Positions 47,216-56,768 of a DNA stretch of 64,000 bases are shown in pieces (the first letter of the stretch is position 1; each line of letters begins with the position of its first letter). Under the pieces are notes generated by a model. It did no database searches. It had not been told where the DNA came from and worked only from the letters and a program-made list of their open reading frames with translations. The stretch is from contig DIXF01000012.1 of the NCBI GenBank assembly GCA_002448235.1, positions 34,608-98,607 on the forward strand, in the 5' to 3' direction. The position numbers and the translations under genes are program-made. Source of the stretch: Syntrophaceae bacterium UBA6087. GTDB lineage: Bacteria > Desulfobacterota > Desulfomonilia > UBA1062.

Positions 47216-47244
47216 AAAAAGGCCCCTGGGAGATACCAGAGGCC
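47216..47244 (-). terminator. rho-independent terminator ending the upstream operon
   Basis: Minus strand GGCCTCTGG-tatctc-CCAGGGGCC followed by TTTTT. It lies about 215 nt after the stop at 47460. Confidence 0.7.
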
Positions 47245-47459
47245 ATGATGAGCAATGTATGTATGGCAATTGTTTAGCGTATCTGATCGACCTGTTAGCT
47301 TTCGTAGAAATTGGTTGAATATACCGAGCCGCCTCTTATTATTAATTATAATTACCAGCTCTTTCAGCCCCTTTTTGGCTTTTTTCGTAACTTCTCCGCC
47401 AGTATTGTAACAATATCTTTGCTAATCTTTATATTTTAATACTGTTTGATTATGTTTCA

Positions 47460-49289
47460 TTACATGCTGTCCTGCCTCAATCTCATCTCGAGTGTCAGCA
47501 TATTACCGAGCTGGTTATAATAGAGAAACCGGCCCGTCCGGGCCTCTGTATAAAACCTTTCATACTTCTCACGGTCGAAGAAATCTTTTGCCTTGAGCGT
47601 ATCGTAGCCGAATGCATCGGAGAGCTCCTTCGTTGAAAAGAGAGGCGAAAAAGAAGATGACGGCGGGTAGGAAATCGATTTATCCACGAATATCGTCCGC
47701 CCCATGGTTTTCTGCACAAGCTTCCGTATGCCCCTTTTGCCGTAATCAGCCACCAGCGGGATAAACTTATGCGCGTTCTGAACACTGACGTTCTGGCATG
47801 GCGTGCCGTTGAGCATCTCCTGGGCGGACAGCGGCCAGGAGAGTTTCTCTATGATGCCTTTGACGAGACGGCCGTTCCGTTTATACCTCGGCGGCACCGT
47901 CAGAACCGATTCGATGCACTGCTTCATGGTAAGCGGGGTCAGCGCGCCCACGACCTGGTTGGAGCTGCTGATGGTTCTCCCTGCCCACCTCCGTATCTTC
48001 TGCCTGAAATACAGGTTGTCGATCTGAAGGGTATTGTATGAGCGCAGCGGATCCATATCGGAAAGGGAGGTGCGGAATTCATTTTTGAGGATGTTTTTTA
48101 TGTTTGCGATCTCCGGCATGAAGTCGCGTGAAAAAAGGGAGTAGTCATATTCGTACTGAAGCACGCGCGTGTTGATCAGCCTGTCCAGATTCGCGGGCCT
48201 CTTCGAGCCGGTGAGCTCCTGGATCCACCAGAAATCGCGATAGAGCTCCCCCCCCAACCCGTTGACCGAATACTCATGCCCCTTTGATTTATGATCCTGC
48301 GCCCAGAGGATCGGAGCATAGGTGAACACGTTTTCTTCCCCGTCCGTTATTGTAAGCGCCCTTTTCACATAGTCGAAGCTTCTCTCGTCCCAGTCTCCGG
48401 GCAGGGCGAGGTGATCGTTGCGGAATCCGAGCTTTGCGCAGTATCCCTCGACGAGATTGACTTCCCGGGAACCATCGGGCCCGAAGACAAATGTGGAGAT
48501 ATCCTTGCACGGCCTGAACATGGACATGAGCGATATGACCAGCCGCGAATCGAATCCTGCGGTGAAATCGCAGATCACGTCCTCTCCGGATATCGCTTCA
48601 AAAGCCTTGAGCAGCCTCTGTATGAGCGTATCCCGCGCTTGCTCGAAGGTCATTTTTTCCTGTACCGCAACCGGGCTCTGCCAGTACCGCTTTTTTGTTT
48701 CTCTCACGCCCTCGCCGTCCATCCGGAAGGTGTAAATGGAGGCAGGCTCCAGCAGCTCGATTTCCTTATATATCGTCGCAGGACCGTAGACCGTCGCCCC
48801 CCGGAGAAACTGGGCAACGGCCTTCTCGTTTACGCTTACCGGATACGTGCGTGAAAGCGCCATGGATGACGAGCTTAGAGATAGCACCTTGCCCGAGCAA
48901 TAACGGTAGATATTCATGATGCCCGCATGGTCGGTTATTATCTTCAAGCTATGCTCGGCCCGGTCCCTGATGACCATGCAGAAGGGGCCGTCGCAGGAGT
49001 CCACGAGGCTCTCGATGGGTTGGTGATCGAGGTCCTGCCTGAGAAGGGCTTGCGCCCTGTCGCCAAGCTTATCCTTGTAGATCAGCGTGCCCACGACCCA
49101 TAACGCGATGTCATCGCGATGGTCCGTATCCGCACGGTCGCCCTTCATCCGGGAAAGTTTTGAAAGGCGGAACCCCGGCCCTTTCTCATCGTGCCCGTTT
49201 CTCAGGCCTTTGTGCCGCACAAAGAAGTCGAGAGCCTTCTGGTGGCTTTTGTGCACCTTATTGCCGATAGTTATCAGAATACCTGCCAT
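47460..49289 (-). CDS. asparagine-synthase-like protein lacking the N-terminal Cys nucleophile
   Basis: Asn-synthase-type layout with a PP-loop-like DFTAGFDSRLV motif. The N-terminus is MAGILI instead of MCGI. There is no in-frame start upstream, because a TGA lies 18 codons upstream. Confidence 0.7.
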   Translation of the reverse strand: MAGILITIGNKVHKSHQKALDFFVRHKGLRNGHDEKGPGFRLSKLSRMKGDRADTDHRDDIALWVVGTLIYKDKLGDRAQALLRQDLDHQPIESLVDSCDGPFCMVIRDRAEHSLKIITDHAGIMNIYRYCSGKVLSLSSSSMALSRTYPVSVNEKAVAQFLRGATVYGPATIYKEIELLEPASIYTFRMDGEGVRETKKRYWQSPVAVQEKMTFEQARDTLIQRLLKAFEAISGEDVICDFTAGFDSRLVISLMSMFRPCKDISTFVFGPDGSREVNLVEGYCAKLGFRNDHLALPGDWDERSFDYVKRALTITDGEENVFTYAPILWAQDHKSKGHEYSVNGLGGELYRDFWWIQELTGSKRPANLDRLINTRVLQYEYDYSLFSRDFMPEIANIKNILKNEFRTSLSDMDPLRSYNTLQIDNLYFRQKIRRWAGRTISSSNQVVGALTPLTMKQCIESVLTVPPRYKRNGRLVKGIIEKLSWPLSAQEMLNGTPCQNVSVQNAHKFIPLVADYGKRGIRKLVQKTMGRTIFVDKSISYPPSSSFSPLFSTKELSDAFGYDTLKAKDFFDREKYERFYTEARTGRFLYYNQLGNMLTLEMRLRQDSM

Positions 49290-49332
49290 GGCTGTCCGTC
49301 CGATCTTGTTATTTTGATCATGCGCCTGGACA

Positions 49333-51423
49333 TCACGTGTTCAACAGGCCGAGATATCTCACCCAGCCGAGCGTGCTTTCCAGGCCTTTGTCCACCCGCG
49401 TGTCGGGGCAGTAGCTCAAGGTGTTTCTCGCCAGCATGTCGGAATACAGCGCGTCCCTGGTAAACAGCTTCAGCTCGTCAGGAGCGGGCGTCGTCTTGAC
49501 CGCGTGTTCGAGCCTGCGCATCAGTGCATCGACGAAATCGACCTTTTCCGCCACCATTTTCACCGGCCTGAGGAAATGCCTCTTCACAAACCCGCCCACT
49601 ACCCTCACCGGCTCCGTGAGATAGGTCGAAGCATCCGCTTTGGCCGCCTTGATGGTCTTGAGCGGCGGAAGGTTCAGGGTGTTGTTCAGCCGGGTAAAGT
49701 AGTCGTTCCAGGATATGACTTCGGGGCCGTTTATGTTGAAGGCCTTTCCGAACGCATCTTCTTTGTCGAGAGCGTTGAAGATGGTTTTTACGAGGTCGTC
49801 CACGTATACGAGGTTGCACTTCCCGTCCCCATACTTCTCGTACACGCCCCACTCGCCTTTCAGAAACATGGCGGCAAACCGCAGCGACCAGTTGCTGCTG
49901 TACGGGCCGTACACGATGGAAGGCCTGAAGATCGTTACCGGCAGGCCCTTGTCCTGGTATTCCCGGCAGGCCTTTTCCGCATCGATCTTCATCCGGTTGT
50001 ACGTGTTTCCGGTGTAGAGAAACGGGTACTCCTCGTCGATGACGCCTGTCACCTCACCGTACACATCCGCGGTGCTCAAGTGGATAAAGTGCTTGATGCC
50101 CTTTTCGAGAGAGGCATCCAGGAGGTTTCTGGTGCCTTCAACGGTTGCCTGAGGCGTCCCTTTGGCGCAGTGAACCACATGGGTGACGCCTTCCAGGGCG
50201 GAATCGATCTTCGCCTTATCCATGATATCCAGCTCGACGATGTCCACGGGCAGCCTTCCCAGCCGGGCAGCCCCTGACCACTGCCTTACGCCTGCGGCGA
50301 CAGCAAAGTTTTTGCTCTGCGCGAGATGCGCCATCTCGGCTATCCGGCCACCGATGAATCCCGTCGCTCCTGTTACCAGGATCTTTCTCTGAATCCTGGA
50401 GGCCTTCCTGCCCTTTCCGTTGCTCTGAATCCTGATGCTTTTGTCCCAGGGCATGTCGAGCCTTTTGCGCTTCTCGTAGCACTCGTGGATGAACTCTATG
50501 GATGCAAGGACGTCTCTGCCCCTTATCAGAGGCTCTTTTTCGCCTTTGATCACCTGGATGAAATTGTCGAAGATGGGGAGCACAAACCCCGGATAGTTCC
50601 TGGACGGGCTCTTGATTTTTTTGTCGTAAACGTTCGATCCGTTTTTTAACGAAACCCTTGTCCAGTCAAAGATCCTTCCTTCCAGGCTCCCGTTCTCGCA
50701 AACCACCCGATACGTATTCTTCAGATCGCACAGCCTGTTTAACGTGACGGATATGGAGCATCCGCCTTTTTCCGCCCGTATCCGTGAGACGGATTCAGGC
50801 CCGCCGTAGGAATCGTCGTAATACTCGGTCAAATCGGGCTTTTCACCGACCCACCAGCACAGCGTGTCGATGACGTGCGAGCCGAGATCGAGCAGGATGC
50901 CTTTTGACGAGATCTTCGGATTCACGTAAAACCCGGTCGGGCTGGGCCACCCGAAGGTGCTCCCCTCCTGATAGTCGATCTCCAGGATCCTGCCGAGCCT
51001 GCCCGACTCGATGATTTCCTTGACGTGCCTGAAGTTCGGGAACATCCTCCTCGTGTTGTTGACGCAGAGCGCGGCTTTGTTTTTCTCTGCGGTCTCGACC
51101 AGTTCATGGGCCTCGTGCGGCAGGATCGCCAGCGGCTTTTCACAGAGCACCGGGACTCCCGCCTCGAGGAAATCAAGCGCGACCGGATAGTGCAGGAAAT
51201 GAGGCAGGAGCACGACAGCTCCGTTTACCTCGGAGAGCACATCGCTGTAGCTCCTGCGTACCTGCCCGCGTTTCAGTTCTTTTCTCATGGCCTCGGCATT
51301 GCCGGTGTTCATGTCTACGAAAAAGAGCCCTTCCGCGAGTTCGGGATGACGTTTGAGGGCCGGCACATAATACCTCTGGGCAACGGTCCCGCAGCCGATA
51401 ATTGCAATCTTCGGTACGATCAT
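49333..51423 (-). CDS. bifunctional Gfo/Idh/MocA oxidoreductase - NAD-dependent epimerase/dehydratase (SDR) fusion
   Basis: KIAIIGCGTVAQRYY...CEKPL N-terminal domain and KILVTGATGFIGGRIA SDR C-terminal domain. Same architecture and length as 21107-23206. Confidence 0.8.
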   Translation of the reverse strand: MIVPKIAIIGCGTVAQRYYVPALKRHPELAEGLFFVDMNTGNAEAMRKELKRGQVRRSYSDVLSEVNGAVVLLPHFLHYPVALDFLEAGVPVLCEKPLAILPHEAHELVETAEKNKAALCVNNTRRMFPNFRHVKEIIESGRLGRILEIDYQEGSTFGWPSPTGFYVNPKISSKGILLDLGSHVIDTLCWWVGEKPDLTEYYDDSYGGPESVSRIRAEKGGCSISVTLNRLCDLKNTYRVVCENGSLEGRIFDWTRVSLKNGSNVYDKKIKSPSRNYPGFVLPIFDNFIQVIKGEKEPLIRGRDVLASIEFIHECYEKRKRLDMPWDKSIRIQSNGKGRKASRIQRKILVTGATGFIGGRIAEMAHLAQSKNFAVAAGVRQWSGAARLGRLPVDIVELDIMDKAKIDSALEGVTHVVHCAKGTPQATVEGTRNLLDASLEKGIKHFIHLSTADVYGEVTGVIDEEYPFLYTGNTYNRMKIDAEKACREYQDKGLPVTIFRPSIVYGPYSSNWSLRFAAMFLKGEWGVYEKYGDGKCNLVYVDDLVKTIFNALDKEDAFGKAFNINGPEVISWNDYFTRLNNTLNLPPLKTIKAAKADASTYLTEPVRVVGGFVKRHFLRPVKMVAEKVDFVDALMRRLEHAVKTTPAPDELKLFTRDALYSDMLARNTLSYCPDTRVDKGLESTLGWVRYLGLLNT

Positions 51424-51475
51424 TGGAATCCTTTCTTTTATGAGATTGTGTTTATTTCAATAAATCATGCGACAA

Positions 51476-52600
51476 TCAGGAGAGCAGCGACAGATAGAGC
51501 GCTTCGGTCTTTTTCACCATCAGCCCGGCCGAGAACTTCCGGTTTACGAGGTTCCTTCCCTCATCGGCCATAGCTCTCGCGTGTTCCGGTCTGGACGCTA
51601 TATCTCTCATTCTCAGGGTCAGCGCGCCGACGTCTCCGGGCGGAATCAGGTATCCGGTAATGTTGTCCTGAATGAGCAATGGGATGTCGCCTACCGAAGT
51701 GGCGATAACGGGAATGCCGCATGACATCGCCTCGAGCATCACGTAGGGAAGCCCTTCGGTAAACGAGGGGATAACGAGACAGTCGATATTCCGGTAGAGG
51801 TCTTTGATGTTCTTCCTGACCCCGCAGTAAAACATCTTTCCCCGTATGCCAAGTGTGTGGACGGCCCTCAGGATGCTTTCCTTCTCAGGCCCGTCGCCGG
51901 CAATTATCCCGAAACTGCCGGGCGCCTCGGAAGCAAGGCCTGCAAAAGCATGGAGAAAGACCTTGTGACCCTTATCCGGGAAGAGCCTGCCGACAACGGC
52001 AAAGATGGTTTTTCCCGGCGACTTTGAAACCGGCAGCGGAGGGTCTGAGCCGTTTCCGTGCGCATTCAGCAGACCGGCATCGAGGCCGTTCTGGATAAGC
52101 TCGACCCTGCCCCTCATTTCGCTTTTACCCGAAAGCTCTGTGTGAATGCCTTCAGATACGGCGATAATTTTATCATACAAGCGGTACACCGCATTCTCGT
52201 CAGCGTAGAGATAAAGCTTCTTCAGCAGCGAATCCCTTGTAGAGCCGTGTGCCGTGGCGACTCTCCTTACCCCGAGCTTCCATGTGGCCAGGAGGCCGTA
52301 GAAATCGGATTTGAAGTCATGGGTATGGATGAGAGAAACATTATGCGATTGTATGAACTGCCTGATCCTGACCACTGCCTTGAGATCGATCCTTCCTTTG
52401 ACGTCTACGGGCTCGACCTCGACCCCCATGCTTCGGGCAAGACCGATCAGCGGTTCGCTCCTCCCGTCATTTCTTCTCATGCAGAGCAGGGAAAGATCGA
52501 ACAAGTCGGGGTTCAGATTCTTCCCCAGGGTCATGATCACGCGCTCGCTGCCGAAAATGCCGCTGCTGTCGCGGATATGGAGTATCCTATGCCTTTTCAT
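51476..52600 (-). CDS. glycosyltransferase family 4
   Basis: IPSFTEGLPYVMLEAMSCGIPVIATSVGDIPLLIQDNITGYLI. ATG at 52600 (MKRHRILHI) is preferred because it removes the overlap with the upstream gene. The RBS is weak. Confidence 0.8.
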   Translation of the reverse strand: MKRHRILHIRDSSGIFGSERVIMTLGKNLNPDLFDLSLLCMRRNDGRSEPLIGLARSMGVEVEPVDVKGRIDLKAVVRIRQFIQSHNVSLIHTHDFKSDFYGLLATWKLGVRRVATAHGSTRDSLLKKLYLYADENAVYRLYDKIIAVSEGIHTELSGKSEMRGRVELIQNGLDAGLLNAHGNGSDPPLPVSKSPGKTIFAVVGRLFPDKGHKVFLHAFAGLASEAPGSFGIIAGDGPEKESILRAVHTLGIRGKMFYCGVRKNIKDLYRNIDCLVIPSFTEGLPYVMLEAMSCGIPVIATSVGDIPLLIQDNITGYLIPPGDVGALTLRMRDIASRPEHARAMADEGRNLVNRKFSAGLMVKKTEALYLSLLS

Positions 52601-52620
52601 TGGATCGTGCCGGAGAAAAG

Positions 52621-53592
52621 TTACTGCACCATTTCCGATAGAATCGCCTGAAGGGCGTTCTTCTTCAGCTCCCACTCGGCCTGCCTTTGCCTTTTGAGCT
52701 CTATTGCTTCCTTTTCCAGAAAAGGCCTATTCTCTATGAGTGAAACTACCGACCTGCGGATACCCTCCACGGTGTGGGGGGTGTATACGGCCCCCCTGTT
52801 GAAATAATCCCTCAAAGCCCGGGTGTCCGAGAGTATCTGCGGCTTTTCAACCGCCACGGTCTCATACGCTCCGCACACAAGGCAGTTTTCTCTGCTCGTG
52901 AGGTCGATGGTCGCATCGACGGAGTTGAGCATGTCGACATACAGGTCTTCGGAAATATATCCCATCAGTGTGACGTTGGGAGGGACGTGCGAGGGATCCA
53001 GGTTTCTTTTGCGGTAATTGCCGGTTACATAGATGTGAATCCCGGCGTCGAGCTTTTCCGCGGCGTCAAAAACCATCTGGTACGGCTCGTCATCGGCGTA
53101 TGAACAGATAAACAGGACGTTGTACCTCCCTTTGAGACCCACCGGGGGCTTGCGCCTGATATCGGGTATCCTGTCCTGGAGTACGAAAGCCCTGCCGCCG
53201 TTTTGCTCCACATGCCTCTGCAGATGCTCGTTCGTCACCAGGGTGAGATCCGCCTTCCTCTGGACGTATCCGGCCAGGCCGCCGAGCATGCGCGATCTGC
53301 CTTCTTTGGGGAAGAGCCCCACATTGTGCGCATCCACGCAGACTCTGAAGCCCTGAAGCTTCTTGATGGTGACGAGGAAAGACGAGAGGACCAGCGACGG
53401 GTTCTGGCAGAATACCAGAGGCGGCTTTTCCCTGAGCAGCGCCCTGCCCGTCCGAAGGAGGCCGCGTGAATATTTCCGGACCGGGTTTTTCATGTCGTCG
53501 ATTTCTTTGAACTCGAACAGCTTGACCCCCAACGCCTTGCTGAGCTCCCGGTTTCTCCTCTGGTTTTCCCAGGTGAACCAGACAGCGTTCAT
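52621..53592 (-). CDS. putative glycosyltransferase (GT-B-like, unassigned family)
   Basis: 323-aa ORF embedded between GT4 genes with a 4-nt overlap upstream. Rossmann-like alternating pattern but no canonical EX7E motif seen. Confidence 0.4.
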   Translation of the reverse strand: MNAVWFTWENQRRNRELSKALGVKLFEFKEIDDMKNPVRKYSRGLLRTGRALLREKPPLVFCQNPSLVLSSFLVTIKKLQGFRVCVDAHNVGLFPKEGRSRMLGGLAGYVQRKADLTLVTNEHLQRHVEQNGGRAFVLQDRIPDIRRKPPVGLKGRYNVLFICSYADDEPYQMVFDAAEKLDAGIHIYVTGNYRKRNLDPSHVPPNVTLMGYISEDLYVDMLNSVDATIDLTSRENCLVCGAYETVAVEKPQILSDTRALRDYFNRGAVYTPHTVEGIRRSVVSLIENRPFLEKEAIELKRQRQAEWELKKNALQAILSEMVQ

Positions 53593-54749
53593 AAAGCACC
53601 TCCCAGGAGATCCCGGTAATAGGATTCATAATCGCCAATGATCTTTTCCCAGCCGAATCTCTCCGAAACCATTCTCTTGCCGTTCTCCCCCATGTCCTTT
53701 CTCGCACGGTCGTCTTTGAGCAGATCGCAGAGCTTCTGCGCCATAGAGCAATAATCCCCGTTGGGCACCAGGAAGCCGTTGACCCCGTTTCGGATCAGCT
53801 CTTTATTCCCTCCGACCGCGGTGGCCACGACGGGAAGGCCCGTCGCCATATATTCGATTATGGCATTGGACAACCCTTCGGACTCCGAAGACAGGACGCC
53901 GACATCCCAGTGTTTGATGCAGGCGGGGATATCTTTGACCGCTCCCAGGAACAGGACGCGATCGGATATTCCCAGCGCGTCGCCGAGCTCTTCGAGCTCT
54001 TTCCGTAAACACCCTTCACCGGCAATGCAGAAATATGCATTGGGAACGGTCTTCAAAACCTCTGCCGCTGCCTTGATGAACACGTCGACCCGTTTGACGT
54101 GCCGGCTGAAGTTTGCCAGCGTTCCGATGCAGTAGTTCTCCTGCGAGTCGAAGAAATCGAATGCAAAGTTTTCCGGATTGCTGTTTCCATTGAACCGGTA
54201 CTTGTCGATCCCGTTGTAGATGACCGATATTTTATCCGGATGCACCCACTCGTCCCGCGCCACCTGACTCTTGACCGCGTGCGAATTGACGAGGAAACGG
54301 TCGACGAGCTTGTCTAAGGTTCTGGTAAGGATGAGCAGCTCCCGGTTGTGCCAGAACCCGAGGTCTCTCCTGCAACATACGATCTTTTTCACCCCGGCAA
54401 GCTTTCCGGCAAGGACCCCGACGATCTGGGCATCGGTAAAATATGTCTGCACGATATCGATCTCTTTTTCCTTGAGGTATTTTGCCAGTCTGAACGTCGC
54501 GGCGGCGCACTCCACGCTCATCAGAGACCCGATGTCGCATTGATAATAGGTGAAGTGCGCGGAATGTTCCTCCATGCTCACCGTATTGAAATGCACATAG
54601 GCATCGGGCGGTTTGAGGCATACGAGGTGCTTGTCGAAGCGCTTCTCATCCAGCTGTGACATGAGGCCCAGCAGCTGTTTTTCCGTTCCGCCTATGGAGT
54701 TGATGGTATCGATTACAAACGCGATTCCTGTTTTCTTTTTCATGAGCAT
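53589..54749 (-). CDS. glycosyltransferase family 4
   Basis: LSSESEGLSNAIIEYMATGLPVVATAVGGNKELIRNGVNGFLV. Confidence 0.85.
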   Translation of the reverse strand: MLMKKKTGIAFVIDTINSIGGTEKQLLGLMSQLDEKRFDKHLVCLKPPDAYVHFNTVSMEEHSAHFTYYQCDIGSLMSVECAAATFRLAKYLKEKEIDIVQTYFTDAQIVGVLAGKLAGVKKIVCCRRDLGFWHNRELLILTRTLDKLVDRFLVNSHAVKSQVARDEWVHPDKISVIYNGIDKYRFNGNSNPENFAFDFFDSQENYCIGTLANFSRHVKRVDVFIKAAAEVLKTVPNAYFCIAGEGCLRKELEELGDALGISDRVLFLGAVKDIPACIKHWDVGVLSSESEGLSNAIIEYMATGLPVVATAVGGNKELIRNGVNGFLVPNGDYCSMAQKLCDLLKDDRARKDMGENGKRMVSERFGWEKIIGDYESYYRDLLGGAL

Positions 54750-54770
54750 CCCTGTTTAAGGTTTTTCCGT

Positions 54771-56117
54771 TCAGATGTTGCAGATCGTAAACCGGTATTT
54801 TCCCGAGCTTCCCTGCTCGACCTGCTCGACGAACTCATACTCCATCGAGGAGTTCGGGAATATTTTCGTGAATTCGCGCTTCAGGGCCCGAACCGCATGC
54901 TCCCTGGTAAAGCCCTCATTCATCACGATCTTGAAGGTGAACCGACTGATATCGTTCTGGATAATCTGCATCTGCATGATGGCCGGGTTCTTCGTCAGCA
55001 CCCTCTCGATCAGCGAGACCCCTGCAACCTTGCTCCCGTTCTCTCTGACGAGAAAATCTGCAGTCCTGCCGCGGATCTTATTCATCAGAGGAAGCCCTCT
55101 TCCGCATTCGCAGCGCCTTCCTGTGGGGACGCCTACATCGCCCACCTCGTAACGGATAAACGGCATCCCGTAGTTTGACAGATCGGTGAGCACTATCCTG
55201 CCCTCCTCGCCCGGCAGCGCAGGCCGGCCGCTTCCCGTGACAAACTCGATATAGAGATGATCGATGTTCAGGTGCATCCCGTCATGGGCCTCGCATTCGG
55301 ATGATATGAGTCCCACCTCTTCACAGCCGTATCTGTCAAAGACCTTCTGCCCGAACACCTCTTCGATAAGCTGCCGCTCGTAGTCCATCAGCATCATGGA
55401 TGTGGATACGATCCCGGCGGGGGTACCGGCAGAGACCTTTTCTTTGGCGAGAAAGTCGGCAAAGAGATAGAGCGAATGGGAATGACCGAAGAGAATATAT
55501 CCTTCATACTTTTTTATCTTGTCTACAAACTCCAGAATACTGGGCCCATCCATATTCATGGTGTCCAGATACGACGTCCGCTTGAGAAGATTCTGCCTGA
55601 CCTTGTTTTTGAAAGTCCGGGGCTTCGGCGGGTTCCCCCACAGCGCCCCGACCGGCATACCCAGATCCCAGCCGGCCCATCGGTTATGCCTCCATGCGCA
55701 TGCGTCTCTTAAGTGCACGCACCCCCTGTTTACGTAAAAATGCAGCTGCGTCCCTGTCGAGCCGCCGGTGCTCGCCCGGACGAGCTCTCTGGGGCGGTAG
55801 TGTCTGGATACCATCTTTTGCGAATTCCTGATGATATCCCGCTTGGTCAGCACCGGGACCCTCCGCAGATCCTCAGCGCTTTTCATGCGATAGGGATCGA
55901 AGCCGGTGCTCTTGAAAATGTCCCGGTAGTAATCCACGGTTTCATAGGAATGAATAAGGATATTCTTCAGTTTCTCAAGCTGGATATCGCGCAGATCGTC
56001 GAGTGTACGCCATTGAGATCTTTCCAGTCCTTTTAAGGTCTTAAGTAACCTGCTTTTTTCCTTTATCGAATAGATCGGTGTTGCAATATACCGAGAGATT
56101 GGCTTCAATAAGTCCAT
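54771..56117 (-). CDS. phenylacetate-CoA-ligase-family (CapK-like) adenylate-forming enzyme
   Basis: ASTGGSTGTQL AMP-binding P-loop, YRDIFKSTGFDP N-terminal pattern and a C-terminal SGKYRF lysine motif. Confidence 0.8.
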   Translation of the reverse strand: MDLLKPISRYIATPIYSIKEKSRLLKTLKGLERSQWRTLDDLRDIQLEKLKNILIHSYETVDYYRDIFKSTGFDPYRMKSAEDLRRVPVLTKRDIIRNSQKMVSRHYRPRELVRASTGGSTGTQLHFYVNRGCVHLRDACAWRHNRWAGWDLGMPVGALWGNPPKPRTFKNKVRQNLLKRTSYLDTMNMDGPSILEFVDKIKKYEGYILFGHSHSLYLFADFLAKEKVSAGTPAGIVSTSMMLMDYERQLIEEVFGQKVFDRYGCEEVGLISSECEAHDGMHLNIDHLYIEFVTGSGRPALPGEEGRIVLTDLSNYGMPFIRYEVGDVGVPTGRRCECGRGLPLMNKIRGRTADFLVRENGSKVAGVSLIERVLTKNPAIMQMQIIQNDISRFTFKIVMNEGFTREHAVRALKREFTKIFPNSSMEYEFVEQVEQGSSGKYRFTICNI

Positions 56118-56126
56118 ACCACTCTC

Positions 56127-56768
56127 CTAACGTGTTTTCTTAATGTGTAGTCCTGCCCTCCGTATGCCTTCCGAGATGATCACGGTATTAAAAACCCTTG
56201 TTCTGACGAACGATAAAGACCCCACAAAGGCACCGCTTAATTTTGCATAATTATGGAGCTGGATCCCGTTTGTGCTGTTCGTTGCCCGAAAAGCCACTGC
56301 ACAATTATCCGACAGCAGCCCGGAATTCACCGCCTGCTCAAGATATTTGCCGATGCATAAGCCCCGGTATGAAGGATCGACGAACAGCTTGAAAGGATAT
56401 CCTGCATGTTCCGGCATAACAAAATCCACCTTCTTCGAACCGGTCACCGACATCTCGCGGGTGCTGTAAAATATATACCCGACACACCTGCCCTCATGCT
56501 CTGCCGTGAGGAGGTGCCACGCCCTGCTCGAGAGCTTGTCCTCAAGCGTCTCCCACGGGTATCCGTCGAGATCCATACGGGGATCGTCATGCAGGGATTT
56601 TGCTCGTCCCGGTGAAAGCTTCTGCACCGAAAGGGGGATGCGGGGTTGAAAGGATGCAGCTTTATCCTCAAGACGAAAACTGTAGATGCACACCTGCTGG
56701 TAATAGACGAACCGTTTTAAAAAGTTCGGCATTCCGGCTGCCGGAGTTTTCATGCTGCCCGGCATCAT
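56127..56768 (-). CDS. GNAT-like acetyltransferase (small)
   Basis: FKLFVDPSYRGLCIGKYLEQAV acetyl-CoA-binding-like motif. The start overlaps the upstream stop (ATGA). Confidence 0.5.
   Translation of the reverse strand: MMPGSMKTPAAGMPNFLKRFVYYQQVCIYSFRLEDKAASFQPRIPLSVQKLSPGRAKSLHDDPRMDLDGYPWETLEDKLSSRAWHLLTAEHEGRCVGYIFYSTREMSVTGSKKVDFVMPEHAGYPFKLFVDPSYRGLCIGKYLEQAVNSGLLSDNCAVAFRATNSTNGIQLHNYAKLSGAFVGSLSFVRTRVFNTVIISEGIRRAGLHIKKTR

Noticed and set aside
47250-47459. Tiny minus-strand ORFs (MKHNQTVLKYKD and a 23-codon TTG ORF) in the 3' tail of the operon
   Set aside because: They have no Shine-Dalgarno sequence, no hydrophobic or Cys-rich pattern suggestive of a functional micropeptide, and no paralogs in the window.
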